From positions 94,488,001 through 94,552,000 of the forward strand of contig OX597816.1 of the NCBI GenBank assembly GCA_951406725.2: DNA of 64,000 nt. The letters run 5' to 3'. The stretch comes from Octopus vulgaris. Lineage: Eukaryota. Of the stretch, positions 13,679-24,940 are shown in pieces. Both the position numbers and the translations under genes were made by a program. Below the pieces are notes generated by a model. It did no database searches. It was not told where the DNA came from and was given only the letters and a program-made list of their open reading frames with translations. Positions within the stretch are counted from its first letter, which is position 1. Each line of letters opens with the position of its first letter.

Positions 13679-14923
13679 ATCACATATAGGTTTTCCAAGT
13701 ATCTTGTAGAGTGTAAATATCCTTATGAAGTTATAGGAGTGAGTTCCATGAATCTGAAGTAAGATTCCAAGCATACTATATATGTTTTCCAACAATACAA
13801 AGTTTTAAAATTGATTATTAACATCCCAGAGAAGATAAATCTACTCATAAAAATGTGGGTATAAGTTCCAAGAGGCATGAGGAAAGATGTTGGTCATACC
13901 ACGGTTAAGTCCGCATCTAACTGTTGCAGACAAAATTCTATAGTAGCAAGAAATACAGTGAGGTAGGTTTAGCTAAAGCAAAAGACATCAGAAGAAAAAA
14001 AATGGGGATGTAAGAAGGAATAAAGATACCACAGACAAAGGTCAGTCTATATCTGTGGTGACAGAAAATCTAGGTCAGTGTAGAAGGAATCTTAAATTCA
14101 TAAAAGAACTGTAAGTTTGACCACCACTAGCTTTGAACTGAGAAACTCATAGAATTAATGGTGGGATTGAGAATACAGGAAGAACAAAGGAAAGCACTAA
14201 AGGGGTCATAGGTCATCGATAGAGGGAGATATAGTAAGAAATTTAAGGTTAACACTAGAATAGAAGGTATTTTATTTATTATTGCTTCTATTTTAACTTA
14301 TGTTTATATATGGTAAGAAGGAATTTAGGTCAACATCCAGAGGTCAAATCAATTCAATAGCAAATGATAGGGGAATCTTACTTATTCAAAAATCATAGTG
14401 AAAATCACATGTATCATTAAGGGAAAAATATTGAGATTCTAAAGCATAGAAAAAATAAAAAATCTACTAAATAACCGTATAGAGTTGTGTCAGTCTTGCA
14501 TTCACTCAAAAATCAAAACTCTGAAATATTTCAAATAGAAATTTGCAAGTTCTCCTACTGTTGTTCTTTCTAACTTGCATCTTTTAACATATATAAATAG
14601 TATTTATCGGCGTGTGACAATCATAGTTGTCGATGAGAAGTCGTTTCCCTTCACAAATACATATACTTTTTCCAGTATCGATTGACACTGATATTGAAAA
14701 AGTGAAATCAAACAATGATAAATCTCAGAGCGAGTTATAAACAGTAGCAGAAACACATCGTGACATATATTTGCCATTTGAATGTGGCTAACCCCTAAGG
14801 GTGGATGCTACTGTAGTTTGTAGCCCCAGGAGGACACCTCCTCCAGCTGGCTATAGACACACTTTCTGTGCCCTATCAGTATTTGCGAAGGGAAGCAATC
14901 CTTCCCGTCTTCAACTTATGATA

Positions 14924-14968
14924 CACACGGACTCGAGTTTCAGGGTATTGACCCGTCATCGGCGTGTG
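14924..14968 (-). ncRNA. Type I minimal hammerhead ribozyme, copy 1
   Basis: cacacg-CCGAUGA-cgggucaauacccu-GAAACUCGAGUC-cgugug. Confidence 0.7.
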
Positions 14969-15211
14969 ACAATCATAGTTGTCGATGAGAAGTCGTTTCC
15001 CTTCACAAATACATATACTTTTTCCAGTATCGATTGACACTGATATTGAAAAGTTAAATATATGTCACGATGTGTTGCTGCTACTGTTTATAACTCGCTC
15101 TGAGATTTATCATTGTTTGATTTCACTTTTTCAATATCAGTGTCAATCGATACTGGAAAAAGTATATGTATTTGTGAAGGGAAACGACTTCTCATCGACC
15201 ACTATGATTGT

Positions 15212-15256
15212 CACACGCCGATGACGGGTCAATACTCTGAAACTCGAGTCCGTGTG
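15212..15256 (+). ncRNA. Type I minimal hammerhead ribozyme, copy 2 (predicted cut after C15250)
   Basis: cacacg-CCGATGA-cgggtcaatactct-GAAACTCGAGTC-cgtgtg; 6-bp stem I, palindromic ACTCGAGT stem III, GUC. Confidence 0.7.
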
Positions 15257-15563
15257 TATCATAAGTTGAAGACGGGAAGGATGGCTTCCCTTCGCAAATA
15301 CTGATAGGGCACAGAAAGTGTGTCTATAGCCAGCTGGAGGAGGTGTCCTCCTGGGGCTACAAACTACAGTACCATCCACCCTTAGGGGTTAGCCACTTTC
15401 AAATGGCAAATATACGTCACGATGTGTTGCTGCTACTGTTTATAACTCGCTCTGAGATTTATCACTGTTTGATTTCACTTTTTCAATATCAGTGTCAATC
15501 GATACTGGAAAAAGTATATGTATTTGTGAAGGGAAACGACTTCTCATCGACAACTATGATTGT

Positions 15564-15608
15564 CACACGCCGATGACGGGTCAATACTCTGAAACTCGAG
15601 TCCGTGTG
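15564..15608 (+). ncRNA. Type I minimal hammerhead ribozyme, copy 3
   Basis: Identical to copy 2, 352 bp downstream. Confidence 0.7.
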
Positions 15609-15792
15609 TATCATAAGTTGAAGACGGGAAGGATGGCTTCCCTTCGCAAATACTGATAGGGCACAGAAAGTGTGTCTATAGCCAGCTGGAGGAGGTGTCC
15701 TCCTGGGGCTACAAACTACAGTACCATCCACCCTTAGGGGTTAGCCATATTCAAATGGCAAATATACGTCACGATATATATATATATGTATA

Positions 15793-18012
15793 TTAAGACT
15801 AGCAGAAGCATCAACCAGTTTCAATTCTGAAGATGAATCACTAGTCAAGAACAAAAGTGAACACATCCCCCACAGAGGAAGAAATAAAGATCTTGATGAA
15901 TTCTGTAACCACATTGAGAACTTTCCCTACCATACTATGCATAAACAGAAAGTTAACTCAAATTTTAACACTACACAATGGAAGGAACTGATAGAACTTC
16001 AAAATGATGAGGATATAACCATTAAAGAAGCAGACAAGGGAAATGCAGTTGTAATAATGGATACATCATACTATAGAAATCTTGTAATTTCCTTGCTTGA
16101 TGACGACCTACATTATGAAAAAATTACCAACTACATCCCACAAAAAATAATGAAAACTCTATCTTCACTAATTAAAACCCATGAAAAGGAACTAACAACC
16201 AAAGAGATTGACTTTCTAACAAACTTTAAATGCAAACCTAGCCTTTTCTATGGTCTGCCAAAAATCCATAAAAGCCAAATTATAAATGAAACAATTAAAA
16301 AATCACCAAAGACATACATACACACACCTAACCCGGGGGACCTAAAACTACGACCCATTGTAGCTGGCCCAACCTGTGAAACACACAGACTAAGTATATT
16401 TATGGACATCCTCCTGAAACCTTTCCTTAAACATATCGATAGCCATATCAGAGATGACTTAGATATGTTAAACCACCTCCCAAAAAAAGCCAAGGAAGAA
16501 ACAATCCTGGTTTCATTTGATGTAGTTAACTTGTATACCAGTATACCTCATAATTATGGACTAGAGGCAATACAGTTCTGGCTGGACCAATTTCCGGAAG
16601 AAATACCAAAAAGGATCAGTAAAGAATTCATTACTAAATCAATTGAATTCATCCTACATAATAACCACTTCATGTTTGACAATACATTTTACCGTCAAAA
16701 ATCCGGAATTGCTATGGGTACAAGGGCAGCACCAGTCATTGCGAACCTAACAATGGGCTACATGGAAATAATCATTTACCAGGAATCTTTATCAATCTTT
16801 GGAACCCCACTTTCTCAATACATAAAAGAGAATTGGAAACGATTCTTAGACGATTGTTTTATACTCTGGAATGAAAACACAGATAAACTCCTAAAATTTA
16901 AAAACCTATTGAACAGCATAAACCCAAATATACAGTTCACAATGGAATACAACCAAAAGGAGCTCCCGTTCTTGGATATACTAATTTAAAAAATTAACCT
17001 TAAAATAGAAACAGACATTTTTTACAAAGCCACAGACGCCAAACAATACCTTCTTTTTAATTCATGCCACCCAAGACACACTAAAACAAACATCCCCTTC
17101 AACCTTGCAAGAAGGATATGCACAATAGTGTCAGAACAAAATACCAGGAACTTTAGACTGCAAGAACTCAAAAACACCCTAATTGACAGACATTACCCAA
17201 CTCAACTCATAGAGGATGGGATCAGACGTGCAACAGAAATCAACATAGAAACTTTAAGAAAAGTTCAACACAACAACACACCTTCCCCGAAAATACTACC
17301 TTACATATCTACATACAACCCCAGAAACAAAGAAGCCTTCACCATCATCACCCAGAATTTACCAATACTTCATAAGGACCCCAAATTAAAGGAAATTCTT
17401 AACATACACCAAATCATTAAAAGCTACAAACAACCTAAATCACTTAAAAAGATTCTCACAAAGGCAAAATTGTTTTCTGAAATTACGGATGCAAAAGTAA
17501 AAAAATGTGGTAGATCGAACTGTGCAACATGTCCAAACTTGCTAGAAGGATCAGAATTCCTCTTTAAAGAGGGACAGAAATTCAAGATCAAATCTAACTT
17601 TACTTGTGCCTCTGAAAACATAATTTATGTCATTAAATGCTCGGGCTGCCACCAAGACTACGTGGGATCCACGGGACTATCACTCAGACGTAGATGCACA
17701 CTGCATCGACAACAGATTGCATTTCCAGAATACAGAATGATACCTTTTAGTGAGCACATTGAAAAATGCGCAAAGCAACTACTACCACAATTTTTAATCT
17801 TTCCATTTTACCAATGTGCTATCGGATCATCAACACAAATTAGACTAAACAAGGAAACATTCTTCATTGAAAAGTACAAGCCCAGACTTAACCATGCCAA
17901 CATACTGATACAGAGAAATTCACACCAAGGGAAAGGAAAAAACATTTTTTTAATTTTAAGCGATTATCTCCCTTACACCGGAAGAAATCACTCATTACCT
18001 CCCCTTATTTAG
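15793..18012 (+). mobile_element. Penelope-like element (Neptune-like) RT + GIY-YIG ORF; 5'-truncated, one in-frame stop at 16987-16989
   Basis: ADKGNAVV, FYGLPKIHK, LRPIV, SFDVVNLYTSIP, GIAMGT, RFLDD, LPFLD; same frame continues past the TAA (YKATD..YL..SCHP); CGRSNCATC linker; IIYVIKC..YVGST GIY-YIG; (TA)n tracts on both sides. Confidence 0.92.
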
Positions 18013-18267
18013 AACTCTTTTAAACATAAACATAAAGATAACTCTGTTCAAGATAAACATAACGTCGTAAGAAATTTGAAAAGCTAAACGCGAAACCGGT
18101 CTTTCTTCAAAACTATGTCATTGTAGGGAAAAAAAAAAAAATTTTTAATATTCTTCAGACATATTGACGCAAATATATATATTTTTTAACCTTTAAGCCT
18201 TCTGTAGTTTTTTCACTTTTTACTATTTTCTATATATTCAACCACGTGCTTTCACAAACCAACTTTC

Positions 18268-18319
<52 letters not shown>

Positions 18320-18588
18320 TATGGAATTTAAAAGTTATTGCCATTAATAGAGTCACCATTGGTGTCGCATCTATATTACATTTAACAGTAAAAGGGACTC
18401 GTCAAACTCAAATGGCTGAAGGCATAAAGCTTCTCTACAACTGGAAGAAGAAATACGTAACTGTCAGTTGGTTTTTAAACAAAAAATAATCGTCCGTACT
18501 GCGAGTGGAATGGAGTTATCTCCCTTGCACCGGCTCCGGCCATGGTGATATTCGAAGGAGTGGTGGCAGGAATATTCAACGAATGGAG

Positions 18589-19038
18589 CATATTTATCAT
18601 AAGGGCACACGAGGCACCTACCTGCTAGAACGTGGAGTTAAAACCTTCAACTTAACCACCAATGACACTGAAAAATTTTACAGACAACAGTAGACGGGCG
18701 ATAGAGTAAAAAAATTCAACATACCATCAAAGCTTAATGCTATATAGTTTGGTATTTGGATATACTTGTATCATGATTTCGAGTTTTGGCGAACTCGATA
18801 AGACTTGCTGACGAGAGTTAAAGAATTTTGCCAAAACTCGAAATCATGATATAAGTATATCCAAATACCAAAACTATAGCATTAAGCTGTGTTGGTATGG
18901 TGATTTTTTTTTACTCGTTTTTTTACTCGTTTACTGTTGTTGTCCGTGAAATTTTTCAGTGTCATTAGTGATTAAGTTGAAGGTTTTAACTGCACTTTCT
19001 AGCAGGTAGGTGCCTCGTGTGTCCTTATGATAAATATG
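18589..19038. repeat. ~200-bp-arm imperfect inverted repeat (18589-18790 / 18830-19038), probable inverted PLE pLTR
   Basis: CATATTTATCATAAGGGCACACGAGGCACCTACCTGCTAGAA mirrored by TTCTAGCAGGTAGGTGCCTCGTGTGTCCTTATGATAAATATG; hammerhead at the centre. Confidence 0.85.
18803..18856 (+). ncRNA. Type I hammerhead ribozyme
   Basis: acttg-CTGACGA-gagtt..aactc-GAAATCATGATA-taagt; canonical core, palindromic ATCATGAT stem III, AUA triplet. Confidence 0.75.
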
Positions 19039-20923
19039 AATTTTAATTCTATAGCTATCTAGCGCTATTTAATGCCCGCAGCCACTTATATTATTATTGT
19101 TATTATTATCAATTCTCTATATTTCCCGCAGATGGTAATAACATTCGATTTTGCATATTTACTCCTCACTATATATGTATAATAGTTGTATACTGTCAAT
19201 TTAACGTGACAGTAAGGGATTACACCACCGCTGTTTAGCCCTAGGAAGCATCGAACGCTTCCTGTCGGCTTCGATACATTTACTGTGTCCTTATATATAT
19301 TTACGAAGGAGAGACAAATACCCCCAACAGCTAGGCCTGCATCTAGAGACACACATGTTTCAGGGTCTTTGCCCATCATCATATATATGTATCATATGTG
19401 ATTAAAAATCCCACCTTGCAACTATGTGGTTTGGGGTTCAGTTCCACTGAACCATGAGCAAGTTTATTCTCTTATAACCCCGGCCAGACCAATGCATTAT
19501 GAGTTAATTTGTAGACGAAAACTAATTGTATACTCGACAAGCTTCCACACAGTTTCCGTCTACCAAGGTGCTGTGCAGTGGAACTGATCCCAAAACCACG
19601 GAGTTGCAAAGTAAGCTTCTTAACCACATAAAAAATATAGAGCTGTATTGAGTCGTCCTCGGCATCTTACTAGTTCTTATTTAATCGAAAAAAGGCTGGT
19701 GAAAGCAGAATGAAACGAAAGTGACTAAATGCAGTGTAGAAATTTTCTGCTCCCCTACCGATCTGGAATTAATCGCGTAGGAAGAGATTGATAATTATTA
19801 TTACTAATAATGTAGTACAAACGAATCGAAATACTCTCATTTGGCAGAACAATGACTATAATAATAATAATGGTTGCTAACATTGGCACATTATCCCAAT
19901 TATTGTAGGGGAAATGTTTCATTCAATTACATCGACTCTAATACATGAACAGTACATAAATTATTGACCTCAGAAATACCGGAGTTAAATTTGATGTTGA
20001 CGAGGAAGGGGCTTATGAGAACGTAATTAAATAACAATAGACTAGTTAGTACTCGGTGTGGAACCTTCCAAGAAAAGAGTGAATAAAGGACCTCTGGGGA
20101 GGGTCTTTCGGAGACTGCTAAGACACCGGGTCACCATTTCTTCAGGAACAAGATAATCAGCTTATCCTGCTTTTTCTCCGCCTAACATAGAGTACGTTGC
20201 TTGGAAACAAAAGTATTTGATAAACGATCATAAGTTACTCTGTACGCTTGTAGTAGACATCAACAAAATCATGACCTCCAAGACACATAAACTGTCGTTT
20301 CTTGTAGGTTTTACTGCTTGATATATGCCTCGTTCGGTGATCCCTTTTCTTGACAGTGTTTGCTTCGAGAAAATCTGGATCTTGAGATAACAGCTATCAT
20401 CATAGATTCAAATGGTCGGCCGGTGGTCCCGAAAGAGAACAATAATAAAAATGGTGTCTTCCGACTCTTGGCCTGATCTGACTCGGCTTGAGTCGAAAGA
20501 TCAGGCTTCCCGACCTAAAACGAAATGTCTAGTATGATCCATTGAATAGACTTAGTGAAAGACTAGAATAGTACCTTAGATTCATATTAAAATTGGTTGA
20601 AAGTAAAGAAAAGAAGAAAACTTTGAAGTAGGTTAACAGATGTGTGCAAATCTGGAAAGGTGGAAGTAGTCCCATGATGTCAATATGCACATGTTGGAAT
20701 TATGCGTCAGGTGTAGCAAAAGTATCAAATGGTGACTTGACATGGTGTATTTTAGCTTTTTGACATGCGATACAACTACTGGGCCATTTCCAGATGTCCT
20801 CGTTGATACCAGCCCGTACAAAACAGGACGACATAAGCTACTGTGTGGATCGGATACCAAGATGCGATAAACAGTGCAAAGCGGGAAAAAAATACCTGAC
20901 ATCAATGCTTTTGTGGTACATGC

Positions 20924-21147
20924 GGCGAGCTGGCAGAAACGTTAGCACGCCGGGTGAAATGCGTAGCCGTATTTCGTCTGCCGTTGGGTTCTGAGTTCAA
21001 ATTCCGCCAAGGCCGACTTGGCCTTTCATCCTTTCGGGGTCGATAAATTAAGTACCAGTTACGCACTGGGGTTGATGTAATCGACTTAGTCCGTTTGTCC
21101 TTGTTTGTCCTCTCTGTGTTTAGCCCCTTGTGGGTAGTAAAGAAATA
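20924..21147 (+). mobile_element. tRNA-derived SINE, complete, with TSD
   Basis: A box TGGCAGAAACGTTAG, B box GAGTTCAAATTCC, core GCCTTTCATCCTTTCGGGGTCGATAAATTAAGTACCAG (resembles Meta/MESC SINE domain); TSD GGTACATGC at 20915 and 21148. Confidence 0.88.
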
Positions 21148-21396
21148 GGTACATGCGGGCGTTCATAACAGATACAATCGTTACTCTAAAGAGAAGGAAT
21201 CGAAAACTCTCAAGCATGAATTGAAAATGCTTGAGAGTTAAATATGCTGCCAATAATTCCTGTCCGAAAGTGTTGTATTTAGATTGCAGTCGCTAACTGC
21301 TATACAACACATCTGACTGCAGACCAGTAGGATGCGTGTCGAATCATGTCGGACTCATTAGATATAACATGTAAGATGTAACAAAATGGAGATATA

Positions 21397-21621
21397 TATT
21401 TCTTTACTACACACAAGGGGCTAAACACAGAGGGGACAAACAAGGACAGACAAAGGATTAAGTCGATTACATCGATCCCAGTGCGCAACTGGTACTTCGA
21501 CCCCGAAAGGATGAAAGGCAAAGTCGACCTCGGCGGAATTTGAACTCAGAACGTAACGGCAGACGAAATACAGCTACGCATTTCGCCCAGCGTGCTAACG
21601 TTTCTGCCAGCTCGCCGCCTT
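21397..21621 (-). mobile_element. tRNA-derived SINE, same family, with 21-bp TSD
   Basis: Reverse complement of the 20924 family; ATGTAACAAAATGGAGATATA at 21376-21396 and 21623-21643. Confidence 0.88.
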
Positions 21622-22188
21622 AATGTAACAAAATGGAGATATAACGAGTTTCTGGATGTATTAAAATGAATTGACGAAAGCTAGTCTATACTTATGACAG
21701 ATTTTATTCAAATGCTACGTAATTACACAACAGAGACCAGTTCGAGGCAAACCCAGATATTTGTATTGTGATTCGTCGTCTATTTTCTTAGAAAATCTCT
21801 TGTCCAGTTCTTATAGGTGTCTACCACTTAGTGGAAAGAGGATGGTAATGGGTTCGCTCGAAAGAAGTTTGTCAGTGTGTGTATGTGTGTATGTGTGTGT
21901 GTGTGCATGCGTGCGTACGTGTGTGACCGTGTGTGTGTATGTGTATTGCGTATGTGCAGGTGCGTGCATGTGTGAAAACTAAGTCTCGGCGAAGTTGTTA
22001 AAGATGACAGAAGTAAATTGTATGAAAATTACTGAAGGAGCTGTTTGAAAATCACTGAAGGAACTGTCTGTTTTTTTACAGGTGTTGCGAATATATACCT
22101 GTGTTACTGGAAAAAGAATTGGATGGACCTGTCTAGATTCCCCACGGTTTAACATAAGATGATGGCTAATTTGATAAGTTAAACAAAT

Positions 22189-24142
22189 GGGGGTATCTAG
22201 TTTGTTTCATTTACAGAAGCAGCCCTCTTTAATTTTGCTCAGATTGTTTTCAAATTTGGTGTATTGATGCAATTCTGAATGGTGATTACGCTTAGCTAAT
22301 TACGTTATCTCGTAAATTAAAGAATCTGATGTTATTTGGAATTAAGACTCGGAAAATTTGGGTAATTTTAGGCAATCAACAGACATCAGGCCATTAACAG
22401 CTAGTTACCATGACAACTGCACGTTGTGCTGATTCTTCACACTACGAGATTCACTTCACCTGCACCTTACTTCACCTGCACATTTTGTTTGTGCATGTCA
22501 CTGTTTTTTTTTTCAGAACAATTTATATTTATCAATTAGAATTTTATTGTAGATATTTTTCGTCAATTGTCTTAATATTTTACATATTTTTCATATATTT
22601 TTCATTTATATTTTACGTATATTTCGTGAAGTTTTTCTGTGTTTACTTTTTCTGTCTTTACTGTTGCTTCGAATTGTCGCATCCACATTCAAGCCATTTA
22701 GTTGTACCACTCTGAAGGAGATTTTGAAAACAGAGTGAAAGAACACTTGATGGAGCATCCATTTCAATGGTAAACATATTGACGGAAATGAATATCAAGC
22801 GGTTGTCATCAAGAACGAAACAAGTGAAATCAAGCTGGCTGCTCTGAAGCTGTGTGATGGTAAGGCTGAGACCATTGTGGAAGGATTGAAAAGCGTCTTG
22901 GACAAACTTCACTTGTGGAGCACAATCTCAATGATTATTGCTGATATGAGTGTGAATACAGAATGAAAGAGTAGGGTAGTGATTAGACTGTAGAGAATGT
23001 TCTTGAGCAAAGGCTATGACAAGCCACAATTCATGAGCTGCCAACACCATGTCTTGGACAGAATCCTACACATTGTTATAGATGAGGAGCTAGCAGGCAC
23101 AGGCAATTCACTCAATATCGAACATTTTCTTGTCAAAGAACTCATAATAGTTATGGATTAAACGTCTTGGATCTTTTTCCCTTTTTTTGTTTATTATTCT
23201 ATCAGGGTTCTAGATTTTGTAAATCCACCCAAATGCAACCAAGCATAAAAATTTCAAAGTTGGTCATGGGTAAACATTTTTGATCAAATACAAAAATTAC
23301 ATTGATTTTTCATTGTTTTCTAGCAAAAGCTCATCAGATAATATAATACAGGACTGTGAAGTTACAAAAAGGTGTATACCTAGTGCACACAGCATGGTGA
23401 GAGTCAGTGACCAGGTTTTGGGTAGGTGTTCTGCTTGTTATGGGCAGGTCTTCTCAAGCACGCCAGAGCACCAGCCTTCCCGATCCATTGTCATCTCCTC
23501 CGTAAGGCTCAGCATCTTGAGGTCAGCTTTCCCAACCTCATCTCATACTGCTTGGCAAAGATCTCATAGAGCATTTACTAAGACATTTGAAGATGATGCA
23601 ATACTACTATTGAGTACATCATCTTTATGAAACAAACAAGTATTGTTGCATCATCTTTGAAGGGAATGAGGAAACATTGCATCATAATTCAACAAGTATA
23701 AAACAGTGACAGCTTGCCAACTGTTCAGTTGTCCTTTGGTTTTATAGTTGTAATCCTTCCATGAAATATCAAAGCATCAAAAGCTAAGCTTTGAAGAGAT
23801 TTCACAATCATTATCCAACTTACATAAAGAATGGGAAAAAATTACTTGTGATCTTTATTTAGAAACCTACAATGAACAAGTCATTTCATAGACACTAAGC
23901 TATAAATTTCACACTGCTAAGTTGATACCACTACAATGCAGAACATTTCTGTCTCATTATTAGCTAAAAATACACAATTTTCCGAATTTTAAACGCGTGT
24001 AACTTTTTCGTCAAATTTTTTCTCCATAAGTTCATGGCTTCACAAGAATAAGCGTGGAAAACTGCACGAATATAACCGATTTTCAGATGTTTTACTTCCT
24101 TTTAAAAAATACAGATTCTGTGAATGAAACAAACTAGATCCC
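22189..24142 (+). mobile_element. Decayed DNA transposon, Sola2-like
   Basis: TIRs GGGTATCTAGTTTGTTTCATTTACAGAA / TTCTGTGAATGAAACAAACTAGATCCC; 4-bp AAAT on both sides; transposase relic ~22700-23150 (WSIHFNGKH..GKAETIVEGL..SVNTE..SCQHHVLDRIL). Confidence 0.65.
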
Positions 24143-24940
24143 AAATATGTTTTACGTGCACAATCCGAGGACAATGTAAACGAACAGGAAGACCAAAGTT
24201 TTGTCCCCTGGTTAAACCGAATCAGTGGAATTTGAACATAGATCGTAAAGAGATGCACCGAAACACCACAAACAGCTTATCTATTTCAAAAATACAGCAC
24301 AAAATAAAAAACGCGCCGATAAAAACAATAAAATCTTAATTAACTGATACAGGGGAGGTAACACTTAAGTAGTTTCTCTTAATCTACATCAATTCTTGTA
24401 GAAGGAATCTAACATATCAGTTTCAGTCATAGACATATGAACGTGAGCTAACAAATGAAGAGTTAAATGAACGAAGGAAGACTGATTCTCTTCGACAACA
24501 ACCGTTTCTGACACCCAGAGATAAGGTTTTTATGTGATTATTCAACCCGCTAGAAATATCAACTGAATCTCTCTCAAATATCTCTCCACTGACTTAAAAC
24601 TCGAAGAATACTGACCACCACCACTAAATGTTGGTTTGGATATGTCTCGAAAGCAAAAGAAGAAAAGATGGGATCCTCATGGTTTGAATGCCTTCAACAA
24701 GTGTTTGAACTGAACTATGGTTAGAAGTGAACTATGGTTAAACAACAAGATTAACAACAGCTGTTAAAATAATTGCAGCCAACTGCTTAAAAATCGAATA
24801 ACTGCCTTCGAAAGCAATGAGTAGTAATTTCCCATATTCAACATTTGGCCATATACATACATACATACATACATACATACATACATACATACATACATAC
24901 ATACATACATACGAATTTGTGTGTGTGTATGTAGATAGAT

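Larger units (their letters stand above)
14606..15775. repeat. 352-bp hammerhead-bearing unit: ~1.3 copies on minus (14606-15053) diverging from ~2 tandem copies on plus (15056-15775); PLE pseudo-LTR or retrozyme-like array
   Basis: Period 352 (15212 vs 15564; 14606 vs 14958); copies near-identical; the same 78-aa spurious ORF appears three times in the ORF track. Confidence 0.92.

Noticed and set aside
14801-15731. Repeated 77-81-aa ORFs as a small-protein family, or the array as CRISPR-like
   Set aside because: They are by-products of the 352-bp repeat on both strands; there are no variable spacers, no cas genes, and the context is eukaryotic
19995-20638. Possible solo LTR (TGTTGAC...GTTAACA); similar TG..CA candidate at ~60129-60635
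   Set aside because: No matching TSD, PBS, PPT or second copy visible
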